A stretch of DNA of 64,000 nt from an uncultured Acidimicrobiia bacterium (GTDB lineage: Bacteria; Actinomycetota; Acidimicrobiia; Spongiisociales; UBA5794). The notes under the pieces are model-generated. The model saw nothing but the letters and a program-made list of their open reading frames with translations, was not told the origin of the DNA and ran no database searches. Positions 9,306 through 19,524 of this stretch are shown here, piece by piece. The position numbers and the translations under genes are program-made. The first letter of the stretch is position 1, and every line of letters starts with the position of its first letter. The DNA lies in assembly GCA_963759175.1 (NCBI GenBank), contig CAVWXP010000019.1, forward strand, positions 49,749 to 113,748, given 5' to 3'.

Positions 9306-10958
9306 GGCATCAGCCACCGATCGGCGCACGTGCGTCTGATCGGCCACGAGTCGACCCCGGTCGGTGAAGACCTCGATGAGTTCAGGTCCGGTGATGGGGG
9401 CGCCCACCGCGTCACGAAGTGCCTGGCGGTCATCGACGCGCCACGCCTGGAGCCCGAAGCTGCGGGAAATGGCGCTGAGCGACAGCCCGTGGGGGGTACC
9501 CCAATGGCGCTCGAAATCGGACCGTTCGATCACCGACGAGGATGCCTGTGGGAGGAGCTCGAAGATCCCACCGCCGTCGTTGTTCACGACCACGATGCGA
9601 AGTGGTACCTCGAGGGCCGCTGCCTCGGCCAGCGCTGTCGCGTCGTGGAGTGCGGCCACGTCCCCGATGAGCAGGACGACGGGTGTTGCTGGGAGCGCAG
9701 CGCCGATCGCCGACGAGATCGTTCCATCGATCCCGTTGACCCCGCGATTGGCCAGCACGATCCGGTCGTCCCTGCGCCTGGCGAAGGCGTCGACATCCCT
9801 GATCGGACGTGAGGACGCGAGCCACAGGATCGCGCCATGGGGGGCGTGGTCAGCGGTGGAGCGAGCGACCTCCGGCTCGTTGGGGAAGGCGAGATCGTCG
9901 AGAGCCGCCGCCCTCGCTGCGGAGGCGATGCGGTCGACGGAGCGCCACTCGTCTGCGTATCCGGTTCGTGCCTCCGGAACGGGTTCGCTCACCAGGACGT
10001 CGGTCGGGTCGTGGACGATCGTTGTCGATGCCGACCCGAGAGGATCGGCGAGGCGTGACGATTCGATGTGGATCTGGGGGATGGCGCTCGTTTCCATCCA
10101 CCTCCACAGAGGCTTGGAGGTCGGGAGGGGGCCGAGGCGGACGAAGACGTCCGGCGCCAACGACTCGGTGACCAGGCGACGTCCATCCTCGTCGTGTGCC
10201 GCCACCAGAAGGTCGCTCGTGTCGATGACGTTGGGTCCGGTGACGCTTGCCTGGGGGTCCGCGAGGATGGGTGCGTCGAGGCGGCGGGCGAGCTCGGCGG
10301 TTGCCGCGGCGAACCCCGGCCGCATGCGCCCGCTCGCCACGATCGCCACCCGTTTGCCCGCCAGGGAGCCGATGATGCCGGTTGGCTCCCACAGGAGGCG
10401 CTCATCGCCGATCGTGGAAGCCGGGGGCGGCGGGACATGCTCGGTGGGTACGAGCGGCTCATCGAACGACACGTTCAGGTGCGCTGCGCCCGGCGGATCC
10501 TCGAGGGCTGCCCGTGCGGCGTCCGCGCCCGAGGCGCGTGGGTCATGGGAGACGTCGAGGAAGTACTTCGCATGCGAGCCGTACAGCATCACCTGATCCA
10601 TGGTCTGGGGTGCTCCGGTCCCTCGCAGGCCGCGAGGCCGATCGGCGGTCATCACGACGAGCGGAGTCCCGGACTGGTTCGCCTCGACCACGGCCGGGAG
10701 GTAGTGGGCGGCGGCAGACCCCGATGTGCAGATCACGGCCGCCGGTCGCCCCGTCGCCTTTGCGAGGCCCAGGGCGATGAATCCGGCCGATCGTTCGTCA
10801 CGGATGCTCACGTCTCGGATCCGCGGTTCGGCGAGGGCGGCGAGCGTGAGCGGAGTGTTGCGCGAACCCGGCGACACGAGCACGACCTCGACACCGGCGT
10901 CGGCGAGCCCGGCAATCAGTTCGCTTGAGAATCGAGCATTGTCGTCACCGGTGGCCAC
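9279..10958 (-). CDS. menD: SEPHCHC synthase
   Basis: SPGSRNTPL, DERSAGF, CTSGSA, TADRP, ANRGVNGIDG, GD..NNDGGGIF ThDP motif. Confidence 0.95.
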   Translation of the reverse strand: MATGDDNARFSSELIAGLADAGVEVVLVSPGSRNTPLTLAALAEPRIRDVSIRDERSAGFIALGLAKATGRPAAVICTSGSAAAHYLPAVVEANQSGTPLVVMTADRPRGLRGTGAPQTMDQVMLYGSHAKYFLDVSHDPRASGADAARAALEDPPGAAHLNVSFDEPLVPTEHVPPPPASTIGDERLLWEPTGIIGSLAGKRVAIVASGRMRPGFAAATAELARRLDAPILADPQASVTGPNVIDTSDLLVAAHDEDGRRLVTESLAPDVFVRLGPLPTSKPLWRWMETSAIPQIHIESSRLADPLGSASTTIVHDPTDVLVSEPVPEARTGYADEWRSVDRIASAARAAALDDLAFPNEPEVARSTADHAPHGAILWLASSRPIRDVDAFARRRDDRIVLANRGVNGIDGTISSAIGAALPATPVVLLIGDVAALHDATALAEAAALEVPLRIVVVNNDGGGIFELLPQASSSVIERSDFERHWGTPHGLSLSAISRSFGLQAWRVDDRQALRDAVGAPITGPELIEVFTDRGRLVADQTHVRRSVADALRRSYEVE

Positions 10959-10977
10959 GGGATTCGAGGCTACCCGG

Positions 10978-11862
10978 TCAGAACGCGATGCCGAGGGCAA
11001 GCAGCAACCCGGTGAACAGTTGCACCTGGGCGGTGCCCTTGAGAACGCCGATGAGGGGCGGTCCACCCGTCTCGGATCGGATCGTGCGGATCAGCGGGAT
11101 GGTCAGCGGTGCGACGAGCAGCGCGATGATGCACATGAACGGAAGCCAGCCGACGAGCGACCCGAAGGCAATCACGACGAAGGCGGCCGCGACCGTGGCG
11201 ACATAAAGCGTACGGGCCCGTTCGCGTCCGATCATGACGGCGAGCGTTCGCTTCCCTGCGTCCCTGTCGGTGTCGATGTCGCGGATGTTGTTCGCCTCGA
11301 GGATGGCAGCGGCGAGCAGACCCATCACGACACCGCCGGTCCACACTGCCGACGGTACCGAAGGGCTGAAGACGTAGCGGGTGCCGGCCGTGGCAACCAA
11401 TCCGAAGAACACGAAGACGAAGGCCTCGCCGAGCCCGTAGTACCCGTACGGAACGGGACCGTTCGTGTAGCCGAGGGCGGCGAAGATCGAGATCACGCCA
11501 ATGATGAATATCGGCCACCCGGCGTACCAGATCAGGTACAGCCCGCCGATCGCGGCGAGCCCGAAGGCGATGGCGATCCCCCGCCTCATGTCCGATGCCG
11601 TGATCATGCCGGCGGAGACGGCTCGGACGGGGCCGATGCGGGCCTCGGTGTCCGCACCCTTCTCGGCGTCGGCGAGGTCGTTGGCGTAGTTGACGCCCAC
11701 CTGGATCGCCAGGGCGCAGAACAGGACCACGACGAACGGGATCATCACGAAGTCGCCATCACGCCACGCGCTCGCAGATCCGATGAGAACGGGTCCGATG
11801 GCAGCCGACAGCGTTGCAGGACGCGCCGCCATGATCCACGGGTTGGGAGGCACGTCGCTCAC
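10978..11862 (-). CDS. menA: 1,4-dihydroxy-2-naphthoate polyprenyltransferase
   Basis: WIMAARPATL, NYANDLAD..KGAD, YGYYGLGE, NNIRDIDTD..AGKRTL. Confidence 0.95.
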   Translation of the reverse strand: MSDVPPNPWIMAARPATLSAAIGPVLIGSASAWRDGDFVMIPFVVVLFCALAIQVGVNYANDLADAEKGADTEARIGPVRAVSAGMITASDMRRGIAIAFGLAAIGGLYLIWYAGWPIFIIGVISIFAALGYTNGPVPYGYYGLGEAFVFVFFGLVATAGTRYVFSPSVPSAVWTGGVVMGLLAAAILEANNIRDIDTDRDAGKRTLAVMIGRERARTLYVATVAAAFVVIAFGSLVGWLPFMCIIALLVAPLTIPLIRTIRSETGGPPLIGVLKGTAQVQLFTGLLLALGIAF

Positions 11863-11866
11863 GTGG

Positions 11867-12757
11867 TCAGAACTGCCAAGGGAATCGGGAGTAATCCTGG
11901 TCCCGTTTCTCCAGGAAGGCGTCCCTGCCCTCCTGGGCCTCGTCGGTGCCGTAGGCGAGGCGCGTCGCCTCACCGGCGAACAGCTGTTGGCCCACCATCC
12001 CGTCATCCGGGAGGTTGAATGCGTACTTGAGCATCTTCTGGGCGGTGGGCGACTTCGCCGTGATCTCCCTTGCCCACTCGAGCGCGGTCGCCTCGAGATC
12101 GGCGTGGGGTACGACCGCGTTCACCATGCCCATGTCGAATGCGTCCTGGGCCGAGTAGTCCCGACCGAGGAAGAACACCTCGCGTGCGCGCTTCTGGCCC
12201 ACCTGCCTGGCCAGCAGGGCCGATCCGTACCCGCCGTCGAAGCTCGCCACGTCGGCATCGGTCTGCTTGAAGACGGCGTGCTCGCGCGATGCGAGCGTCA
12301 GATCGCACACGACGTGCAGGCTGTGCCCGCCCCCGACGGCCCACCCAGGGACGACGGCGATCACCACCTTGGGCATGAACCTGATGAGGCGCTGCACCTC
12401 GAGGATGTGCAGGCGGCCGAGCCTGGCGGGGTCGATGCCGTCGTGACCCTCGTACTTGTACCCGTCCCTGCCACGGATGCGCTGGTCGCCACCCGAGCAG
12501 AACGCCCATCCGCCGTCCTTTGGCGAGGGTCCGTTGCCCGTGAGGAGGACGCACCCGACATCGGAGGTCATGCGGGCGTGGTCGAGCGCCGTGTACAGCT
12601 CGTCGACCGTCCGTGGCCGGAACGCGTTGCGGACCTCGGGTCGGTCGAAAGCGATGCGCACAACGCCGGCATCGACTGCACGGTGGTAGGTGATGTCGGT
12701 GAACGAGAACCCCGCCACCTCGTCCCAACTCGATTCGTCGAAGATGTCAGATGTCAC
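11867..12757 (-). CDS. menB: 1,4-dihydroxy-2-naphthoyl-CoA synthase
   Basis: RPEVRNAFRP, FCSGGDQR, GWAVGGGH, SFDGGYG, EGRDAFLEKR. Confidence 0.97.
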   Translation of the reverse strand: MTSDIFDESSWDEVAGFSFTDITYHRAVDAGVVRIAFDRPEVRNAFRPRTVDELYTALDHARMTSDVGCVLLTGNGPSPKDGGWAFCSGGDQRIRGRDGYKYEGHDGIDPARLGRLHILEVQRLIRFMPKVVIAVVPGWAVGGGHSLHVVCDLTLASREHAVFKQTDADVASFDGGYGSALLARQVGQKRAREVFFLGRDYSAQDAFDMGMVNAVVPHADLEATALEWAREITAKSPTAQKMLKYAFNLPDDGMVGQQLFAGEATRLAYGTDEAQEGRDAFLEKRDQDYSRFPWQF

Positions 12758-12798
12758 AAGCCCTCCGATACGGCGAAGCCCCGATAGGGTAACCACCG

Positions 12799-14085
12799 AT
12801 GGCCAACCCCTCATCTGATGCCACCCCGTCGTCGGCCGGAGCGGTCTCACCCGCGGACTTGGTCGACGCCTCGGCGATCGACCGACCCGAAGAACCCGCC
12901 CTGGTCTTCAGTGATGGCGTCGTGACCTACGAGACCCTCCGGACCCTCGTCGGATCCCGAGTCGCAACGCTGCGAGGGGTCGTCACGACCGGTGAGGTGG
13001 TTCCCACGCCGGTACGGCTCGACCTTCCCAGCATCGTGGAGCTGCTGGCGCTCCCCACCGTCGGCGCCGTGCCCCTCCCGTTCGTCGCCGAACCTCCGGA
13101 CATCGGAGCAGTCGAGGCGCCAGGCGCGGTCATCTGTGTCACGACATCGGGGAGCGAGGGGCGGCGCCGCACGGTGCCACTCACGATGGGCAACATCGTC
13201 GCCTCCATCGGGGCATCGGCCCGTCGGCTCGACACGTCGAGCGCCGATCGGTGGCTGCTCACGCTTCCGATAGACCACATCGCTGGATTGTCGGTGCTCT
13301 ATCGATCGTTCGCCGCAGGAGGGACCGTCGTGGTCGCGCCCTTCGGCGGTCATGACGACCTGGTCCTCGCAACCAGGCCGACCATCGCATCAGTCGTACC
13401 GACCATGCTGCACCGGTTGCTCGAGGGTCCACCATCGGTGGTGGATGCGATCGGGACGTTCCTGGTGGGAGGAGGGCCACTGCGCCCCTCGCTCCTCGAA
13501 CGCGCGGGCATCGCCGGCGCAGACGTCGCTGCCACGTATGGCAGCACCGAGACGGCATCCCAGGTCGCCACCACGGTGCCGGGCGAACCCGTCCGCCATG
13601 CCGGCTACGTCGGCGCGCCACTCGACGGGTTCGACGTCAGGATCGACGCCGACGACACGATCGTCGTCGACGGCCCCGCCGTGTTCGGCGGGTATCTCAG
13701 CGAACGCCGACGCACCAAGCCCCATCGCACGTCGGATCTCGGCCGGTGGGAGGACGACGGGGGTCTCACGGTGCTCGGTCGTCGCGACGACATCGTGATC
13801 AGCGGCGGCGTGAATGTGTCGCTCACGGCGGTCGAGGGCGCGATCGATGCCCTCACCGATGTCACGGACGTCGTAGTGGTTGCCATCGACGACGACGAGT
13901 GGGGAAGTGCGGTCTGTGCGCTCGTGGTGTCCGAGCAGCCCCTCGAGTCCCTGGGTGAGCGCATCGGACACATCCTGGATGGCCCGCAACGTCCCCGTCA
14001 CCTCCAGATCATCGACCGCCTGCCACTGCTCGGGAACGGGAAACCGGATCGCGTGGCGATTCGGGCCATGTTCGCCGATCGGTAG
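12799..14085 (+). CDS. menE: O-succinylbenzoate-CoA ligase (AMP-binding)
   Basis: TTSGSEG P-loop, TYGSTET, GRRDDIVISGG, NGKPDR; men cluster context. Confidence 0.8.
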   Translation: MANPSSDATPSSAGAVSPADLVDASAIDRPEEPALVFSDGVVTYETLRTLVGSRVATLRGVVTTGEVVPTPVRLDLPSIVELLALPTVGAVPLPFVAEPPDIGAVEAPGAVICVTTSGSEGRRRTVPLTMGNIVASIGASARRLDTSSADRWLLTLPIDHIAGLSVLYRSFAAGGTVVVAPFGGHDDLVLATRPTIASVVPTMLHRLLEGPPSVVDAIGTFLVGGGPLRPSLLERAGIAGADVAATYGSTETASQVATTVPGEPVRHAGYVGAPLDGFDVRIDADDTIVVDGPAVFGGYLSERRRTKPHRTSDLGRWEDDGGLTVLGRRDDIVISGGVNVSLTAVEGAIDALTDVTDVVVVAIDDDEWGSAVCALVVSEQPLESLGERIGHILDGPQRPRHLQIIDRLPLLGNGKPDRVAIRAMFADR

Positions 14086-14113
14086 TCTGGCCGCGTTACA
14101 CGAGGAGGTGTCC

Positions 14114-14899
14114 ATGGATCTGGGGCTCAACGGCAAGCGGGCACTGGTTGCGGCAGCGTCGCAGGGCCTCGGCGCGGCGATTGCCCGCACCCTTGCGGCC
14201 GAGGGATGCACGGTGGAACTCTGCTCGCGTTCGATGGTCGATGCCTCTGCGACGGCGGAAGCGATCGCGGCCGATACCGGGGCCACGGTCACGGCAGCGC
14301 AGGTCGACGTCACCGACGCGGGCGAGGTGCGTCGCTGGGTCGATGAGGTCGCGCACCGGTGGGGCGGTATCGACATCGTCGTGGCCAACGCCGGCGGACC
14401 GCCCGCGAGCCCGTTCGACGAGACCGGTGAGGACGACTGGGATCGAGCGTATGCCCTCACCCTACGTTCGGCGATGACCTTCGCATCAGCGAGTCGACCG
14501 CACCTCTCGGCAGGAGGAGCCATGCTCTACATGACGTCGATCTCGGCTCGACAGCCGATCCACGTCCTGTCCATGTCTGGCATCTTCCGGGCCGGTGTCG
14601 CCGCCCTCGCCAAGACGCTTGCCGACGACTGGGGACCGGACGGCATCCGCGTCAACCACCTCATACCCGGCCGGATCGCGACGGAACGGGTCGCAGAACT
14701 CGACGCCGGGGTTGCAACGCGACGCGGGGTCGACGCGGCGACGATCCGGCGCGAGAGTGAGGCGGGCATCCCCCTCGGGCGGTACGGCGAACCGGATGAG
14801 TACGCCGCCGCTGCAGCGTTCCTGGTGTCTCCTGCTGCCAGCTACATCACCGGCGCGACCCTGGCGGTCGACGGGGGAGCGATTCGGGCGATCACCTGA
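14114..14899 (+). CDS. SDR family oxidoreductase
   Basis: GAGGAGG RBS; AASQGLG, VANAGGP, PLGRYGEP, VDGG. Confidence 0.9.
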   Translation: MDLGLNGKRALVAAASQGLGAAIARTLAAEGCTVELCSRSMVDASATAEAIAADTGATVTAAQVDVTDAGEVRRWVDEVAHRWGGIDIVVANAGGPPASPFDETGEDDWDRAYALTLRSAMTFASASRPHLSAGGAMLYMTSISARQPIHVLSMSGIFRAGVAALAKTLADDWGPDGIRVNHLIPGRIATERVAELDAGVATRRGVDAATIRRESEAGIPLGRYGEPDEYAAAAAFLVSPAASYITGATLAVDGGAIRAIT

Positions 14900-14927
14900 A
14901 CCCGGCCGCTCATCGCGAACCCGGTGG

Positions 14928-16865
14928 TCAGGCGATGCCGAGCTTGGCGAGGAATGCGTCCGCGTTCGGTTCGCGGCCGAGGAATGCCTCGAGGTGGTCC
15001 CACGCATCGCGTGCACTGCCCATGGCGAGGATCTCGGCTCGGTAGCGTCTGCCGACCTCGGGCGACAACACTCCCTCGTCCTCGAACACCGAGAACATGT
15101 CATCCCCGTAGACCTTGGACCACAGGTACCCGTAGTAGCCGGCGTCGTACCCGCCCATGAGGTGTCCGAAGGACGCCGCCATGAACGTCCCCTCGTGGAA
15201 GGGGGTGAGGGTGAACTCGTTCGCCTCCCGCTCGAGTGCATCGAGATCGGGTCGGGGACCCGAGGTGTGCATCGCGAGGTCGTACTTGCCGAGGAACACC
15301 TGTCGCAGGGTCAACAAGCCGATGTTCTGGTCGCGGGCTGCGACCAGGGCGTCCACCATTGCGTCGGGGATCGGCTCGCCGGTTGCATGGTGCACGGCGA
15401 ACCGCTTGAGCACCTCCGTGCTCCACATCCAGTTCTCCATGATCTGCGACGGTGCCTCGACGAAGTCCCACTCCGTGTCGAACCCGGCGAAACGCTGCAC
15501 GTCGATCTCCGTCAGGCAGGCGTGGAGGACATGACCGAATTCGTGCCACAACGTCACCGCCTCGTCGTGCTTGAGGAGGGACGGTGTGTCACCCGTGGGT
15601 TTGGTGAAGTTCGCGGCCACCGCAGCCACCGGTGTTCGCACCGATCCGTCGTCGTTGCGGCGCCGATCCACGACGTTCCAGCAGGCGGCGTGGGTGAACT
15701 TGCCCGCCCTCGGATGCAGGTCGAGGTGGAAGTGGGCGATCAGCGCGCCGGTCCCGGCGTCGTCGATCCGGAAGGTCCTGACGTCTTCGTGCCACGTCGG
15801 ATGGTCGGGGAGCTCGGAGTAGCGGAGTCCGAACACGTCGCCGGTGACATCGAGCATGCCCTTGACGACCGTGTCGAGGGAGAAGTACTCGGCGACCACG
15901 TTCTGATCGATACCGAAGTCTCGTTTCTGTTGCAGCGTGTGGTAGTACTGGCGGTCCCACGGCTCGAGGTCGGCGCCGGGGATGTCCTGGCGGAGCAACT
16001 CCTCGAGTCGTCGCTTCTCGTCGAGGGCGAGCCTCGTGATCCCGGGAACGACCGAGTCGTACAACGCCTCGACGCTCGCAGGATCGGCCATCTTGACGTC
16101 CATCGCATAGGCGGCCCAGTTGTCGTACCCGAGCAGCTCGGCGATCTCGGCCCGGATCGCGAGCGCCTCCTCGAGAAGGGTTCGATTGTCCTCGACCGCC
16201 CTGTTGAGGTAGCGGTATTGGAGCTCGCGGCGTTGGTCGCGATGGGGTGATTGCTCCATGAACGGTAGGTATGCCGGGTAGTCGAGAGTGACTCGCACCG
16301 TTCCGGTGGCATCGCCTTCCCCCAACGAGTCGACATAGGCCTCCGGCAGGGCGTCGAGGTCGGTGCGTGGGACGTCGAGGTGGTCCTCGTGGTCGGCGAT
16401 GTTCCGTGCGAACTGGACCTGGAGGGTGATCAATCGTTCCTGGAGCGTGCGGACGCGTTCGCGGCCGGTCCGATCGAGTCCGTGGCCGGCACGACGCAGG
16501 TCGCGGATCCACTCGTCCGTCGAACGGCGCTCGAGCCCCTCGAGCGCGTCGATGTCCACGGCAGAGACCGCATCGAACACCTCGGTGCGCGAGATGAGGC
16601 CGGTCGCCCACGTCGCCAACGCCTGCTGCGCCGCATTCCCGGCGTTCCGTACGTCCTCATCCGGATGGAAATTGGCGAGCAGCGGACCGTAGCCGTGGGC
16701 GTCCTGGATGTGCTCCATCGCACGGTCGAGTGGCTGGATCCTCTCGGCGAAACCGGTTCCGGTGTTGGTCACAGCGAGCGCGACGAGTGCCTCCGCTGTG
16801 AGGATCGCCTCCTCAGTCGCCTCGGCGACCGATGCCTCGGTCGCCGTCGAGAGGTCGTGGACCAT
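14928..16865 (-). CDS. M3 family metallopeptidase (thimet oligopeptidase-like)
   Basis: LDLHPRAGK, HEFGH zinc motif, WDFVEAPSQ, GYDAGYYGYLWS. Confidence 0.93.
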   Translation of the reverse strand: MVHDLSTATEASVAEATEEAILTAEALVALAVTNTGTGFAERIQPLDRAMEHIQDAHGYGPLLANFHPDEDVRNAGNAAQQALATWATGLISRTEVFDAVSAVDIDALEGLERRSTDEWIRDLRRAGHGLDRTGRERVRTLQERLITLQVQFARNIADHEDHLDVPRTDLDALPEAYVDSLGEGDATGTVRVTLDYPAYLPFMEQSPHRDQRRELQYRYLNRAVEDNRTLLEEALAIRAEIAELLGYDNWAAYAMDVKMADPASVEALYDSVVPGITRLALDEKRRLEELLRQDIPGADLEPWDRQYYHTLQQKRDFGIDQNVVAEYFSLDTVVKGMLDVTGDVFGLRYSELPDHPTWHEDVRTFRIDDAGTGALIAHFHLDLHPRAGKFTHAACWNVVDRRRNDDGSVRTPVAAVAANFTKPTGDTPSLLKHDEAVTLWHEFGHVLHACLTEIDVQRFAGFDTEWDFVEAPSQIMENWMWSTEVLKRFAVHHATGEPIPDAMVDALVAARDQNIGLLTLRQVFLGKYDLAMHTSGPRPDLDALEREANEFTLTPFHEGTFMAASFGHLMGGYDAGYYGYLWSKVYGDDMFSVFEDEGVLSPEVGRRYRAEILAMGSARDAWDHLEAFLGREPNADAFLAKLGIA

Positions 16866-16871
16866 GGCGTC

Positions 16872-17843
16872 TCAGCCTCGCTGGCCGACGACCACCGTCA
16901 TCGGTAGGTGGCCGGCACCGATGTCGGGGCCGCTCATGAGGTCGAGGGGGGTGATCTCATCGGTCATGAGAACGAGGTCCAGGGGAATGCCCGCCCATCC
17001 GCCGATGATCGGGAACCCCGACACCGGCCACGTCGAGAGGTATCCGGAGCCCTCGGTTGCGTCCCGAACGGCGTCGGTCGACAGCAGTGATCTCAGCGCC
17101 TGGGCGTAGCGCGTCGTGCCGAGATTGCCGATCACGACGAGCGGTTCGGCACGGGCCTCGACGATCGAACCGATGGCGTCGATGCGTGCGTCGAGTGCCC
17201 CAGCGGCCTCGCTGTTCGTCGCCAGCTTGCCCCAGGCGGTGACGATGCCGATCGTTCCGTCGCCGGACGGAACCCTGATGACATGGATCGCCTCGCCTGT
17301 GTCCTCCACGATCGTGGTGTCGACCTCGTAGTCATCACGGCCGAGGACTGCTACGCCGGTCGTATCGGACTCGGGGGCAGCGAGGAGGCGATAGGGCGAG
17401 CCGTCGGTGACGAGTGGTGCCAGACGGGTGTCCGAGACGCCGGAGGCGATCAGGACGTCGGCGTCGGAATCGAACAGCCACCGCAGCATGAATTCCTCGT
17501 CGTCCGTACCGCCGTAGAGGTCGACGGACACGACGCGCACGCCGTCCTCGCCGATTCCCGGCGGTTGTGAGCCGAACCATGCTGGCGCGAGGATGAAGGC
17601 GTTCACGATTGCGGCGGCGACGAACACGATGGCGGCGAGGCCCTTGGCCGTGAGGGCATAGACCACGGCGGAGATGATCGCGACCCAGGCGAGCTGCCAT
17701 CGGAAGTTCGCAAAGAGGTCGAACAGCCACCAGCTTGCGCCGAAGAAGGCCAGCACGGTCGCAACCGATGCGATCCCGCCGAACCCCAGGGCGATGATGA
17801 TCAGGGAGGTTCTCAGGCCCGTCCCCACGCCAGTGGATGTCAC
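16872..17843 (-). CDS. Membrane-anchored endonuclease/exonuclease/phosphatase (EEP) family protein
   Basis: N-terminal TM segments, VVIGNLG, YLSTWP, IPLDLV, GPDIGAGHLP; GTG overlaps the upstream TGA. Confidence 0.7.
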   Translation of the reverse strand: MTSTGVGTGLRTSLIIIALGFGGIASVATVLAFFGASWWLFDLFANFRWQLAWVAIISAVVYALTAKGLAAIVFVAAAIVNAFILAPAWFGSQPPGIGEDGVRVVSVDLYGGTDDEEFMLRWLFDSDADVLIASGVSDTRLAPLVTDGSPYRLLAAPESDTTGVAVLGRDDYEVDTTIVEDTGEAIHVIRVPSGDGTIGIVTAWGKLATNSEAAGALDARIDAIGSIVEARAEPLVVIGNLGTTRYAQALRSLLSTDAVRDATEGSGYLSTWPVSGFPIIGGWAGIPLDLVLMTDEITPLDLMSGPDIGAGHLPMTVVVGQRG

Positions 17844-19444
17844 GACCCGAAAGCGTACATGAACCCGTCGCGCGAACCGACATATATGTTGCCGTTCCAC
17901 ACGGCCGGGGTGGATTCGATGCACCCGCCTGTCGCCAGCGGACGGTTCCACAGCTGGGTGGGACCCAGCGGATCCGACACGTCATAGGCGCGGAGCGCCG
18001 ATTGATCGGAGAAGCAATCCACCGCGATCACGAGGACATCGTCGACGATCGCGGGCGACGACCACGCGTTCACGCCGACATCGTCGGACCAGACGGTCTG
18101 ACCGCTGTCGGTATCGATCGCAAGGAGATTGCCGCTGTCGGTGGGCACGAACAGGATCCCTTCGGGATGGAGGGCAGGAGTCGCCCACACGCCGGTGTCC
18201 TGACCCCTGGCTGCGGGGATCTCGACACTCCACACGATCGGGGAGATGCTCGTGAGCGGATCGCCGACGGGTATCGAGGTGTCGAGCTTCACGAGCTGGC
18301 CCACCTCGCGCACACGCCTGGCCGCCGTGTTGTTGGTCTTCTCGTGGTCGGCGTGTGCCACGACGTAGATGTACCCCTCGGCGTCGATGGTGATCGTCGA
18401 GTCGATGTCGTCGCCCATCCAGAAGTCGAAGAACACCTCGGCGTTGCCGTTCTCGATGTCGCTGAGGTCGAGACCCACGACGCGCCCGGCGCTGGTGGCG
18501 AAGTACGCCTTCTGATCGAAGATGGCCGTCGAACCCTCGATCGATTGCTGTCGGCCGAGGAGGTCGAAGAGCTCGTCCGTCCATGCAGGCATCTCGTACA
18601 CGATCTCGGGGTTGATGGTCACCAGCCCATCGGCGTCGTATCCACGGTTGAGCTTGATCGCAAACCACCAGGAGTTCTCGCCACCGACGTACAACATGTC
18701 GTCCACGACCACGGGGTTGGAGTCCCAGTCGTCGTTCCACATCCCCTCGACGGCCTTTGCATGCAACGACCACACCTCGCGCACCTCGTCGCCATCGAGC
18801 GCCAGGATGCGGAAGCGCGGATCGCGTGAGCCGGCGTAGAGCAGCGGGTAGCCGTCGGGGTCGAGGGTGACGGTCCCCTTGATGATGTCACCCATGTCGT
18901 AGCTCGGGCGCAGCTGGCTCCCGTCGTCGGCGTCCAGGAAGTGGATCTTCTTGTCGTAGGCGCCGAAGATCAGCTCGGTCGTGCCGTCGTCCCACTCGTG
19001 GACGAGCGGTTGACCGGTCCATCCCGTGCCGTACCACCACTTCTCCTGATTCCCGACGGGGGAGAGGCCCGCCATCGCCGAGTCCGGGTACCTCCACAGG
19101 CGATCGGGGGTCTCCCTGGGGACCGGGCCCGTGCCGAAGAACGTGCGGGTCGGGTTGCCGCGGAACATGGTCAGGCCATCCACCTCACCCCATGGGCGGA
19201 AGACGGTGTCTGCCGTCACGACGCCGGTTGGGCGGGGGGCCGCAGTCGTGGTCGTGGTCGCCTCGGGGGCCGTGGTGTCGGTGGCGCCGCCCGAGGTGTC
19301 CGGAAGGGTCGTGGACGAGGTCACCGGAGGCAGGGTCGTGACGGATGGTTCGTTCGGATCGGCAGCTATGACGTTCTCACCGCCGGCGACACATGCCGAC
19401 GCGAGAAGGGAGATCGAGAGGAGGAGGACAGCGGCCTTGCGCAT
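17840..19444 (-). CDS. PQQ-like beta-propeller lipoprotein
   Basis: Lipobox LASAC, Thr-rich linker, FRGNPTR, GTGWTGQP, repeated W-S/T-P propeller motifs. Confidence 0.8.
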   Translation of the reverse strand: MRKAAVLLLSISLLASACVAGGENVIAADPNEPSVTTLPPVTSSTTLPDTSGGATDTTAPEATTTTTAAPRPTGVVTADTVFRPWGEVDGLTMFRGNPTRTFFGTGPVPRETPDRLWRYPDSAMAGLSPVGNQEKWWYGTGWTGQPLVHEWDDGTTELIFGAYDKKIHFLDADDGSQLRPSYDMGDIIKGTVTLDPDGYPLLYAGSRDPRFRILALDGDEVREVWSLHAKAVEGMWNDDWDSNPVVVDDMLYVGGENSWWFAIKLNRGYDADGLVTINPEIVYEMPAWTDELFDLLGRQQSIEGSTAIFDQKAYFATSAGRVVGLDLSDIENGNAEVFFDFWMGDDIDSTITIDAEGYIYVVAHADHEKTNNTAARRVREVGQLVKLDTSIPVGDPLTSISPIVWSVEIPAARGQDTGVWATPALHPEGILFVPTDSGNLLAIDTDSGQTVWSDDVGVNAWSSPAIVDDVLVIAVDCFSDQSALRAYDVSDPLGPTQLWNRPLATGGCIESTPAVWNGNIYVGSRDGFMYAFGS

Positions 19445-19524
19445 CGGAGCGAGTGTAGGAACCGGGTCCCGATAGTCGATGGACCGCATCGTGATGCGAC
19501 CACGGCGTCACGTAGGCTTGCGAC

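Noticed and set aside
10950-10980. Minus-strand CTCGAATCCC resembling a tRNA T-loop
   Set aside because: No cloverleaf; it lies in the 19-nt menA-menD spacer
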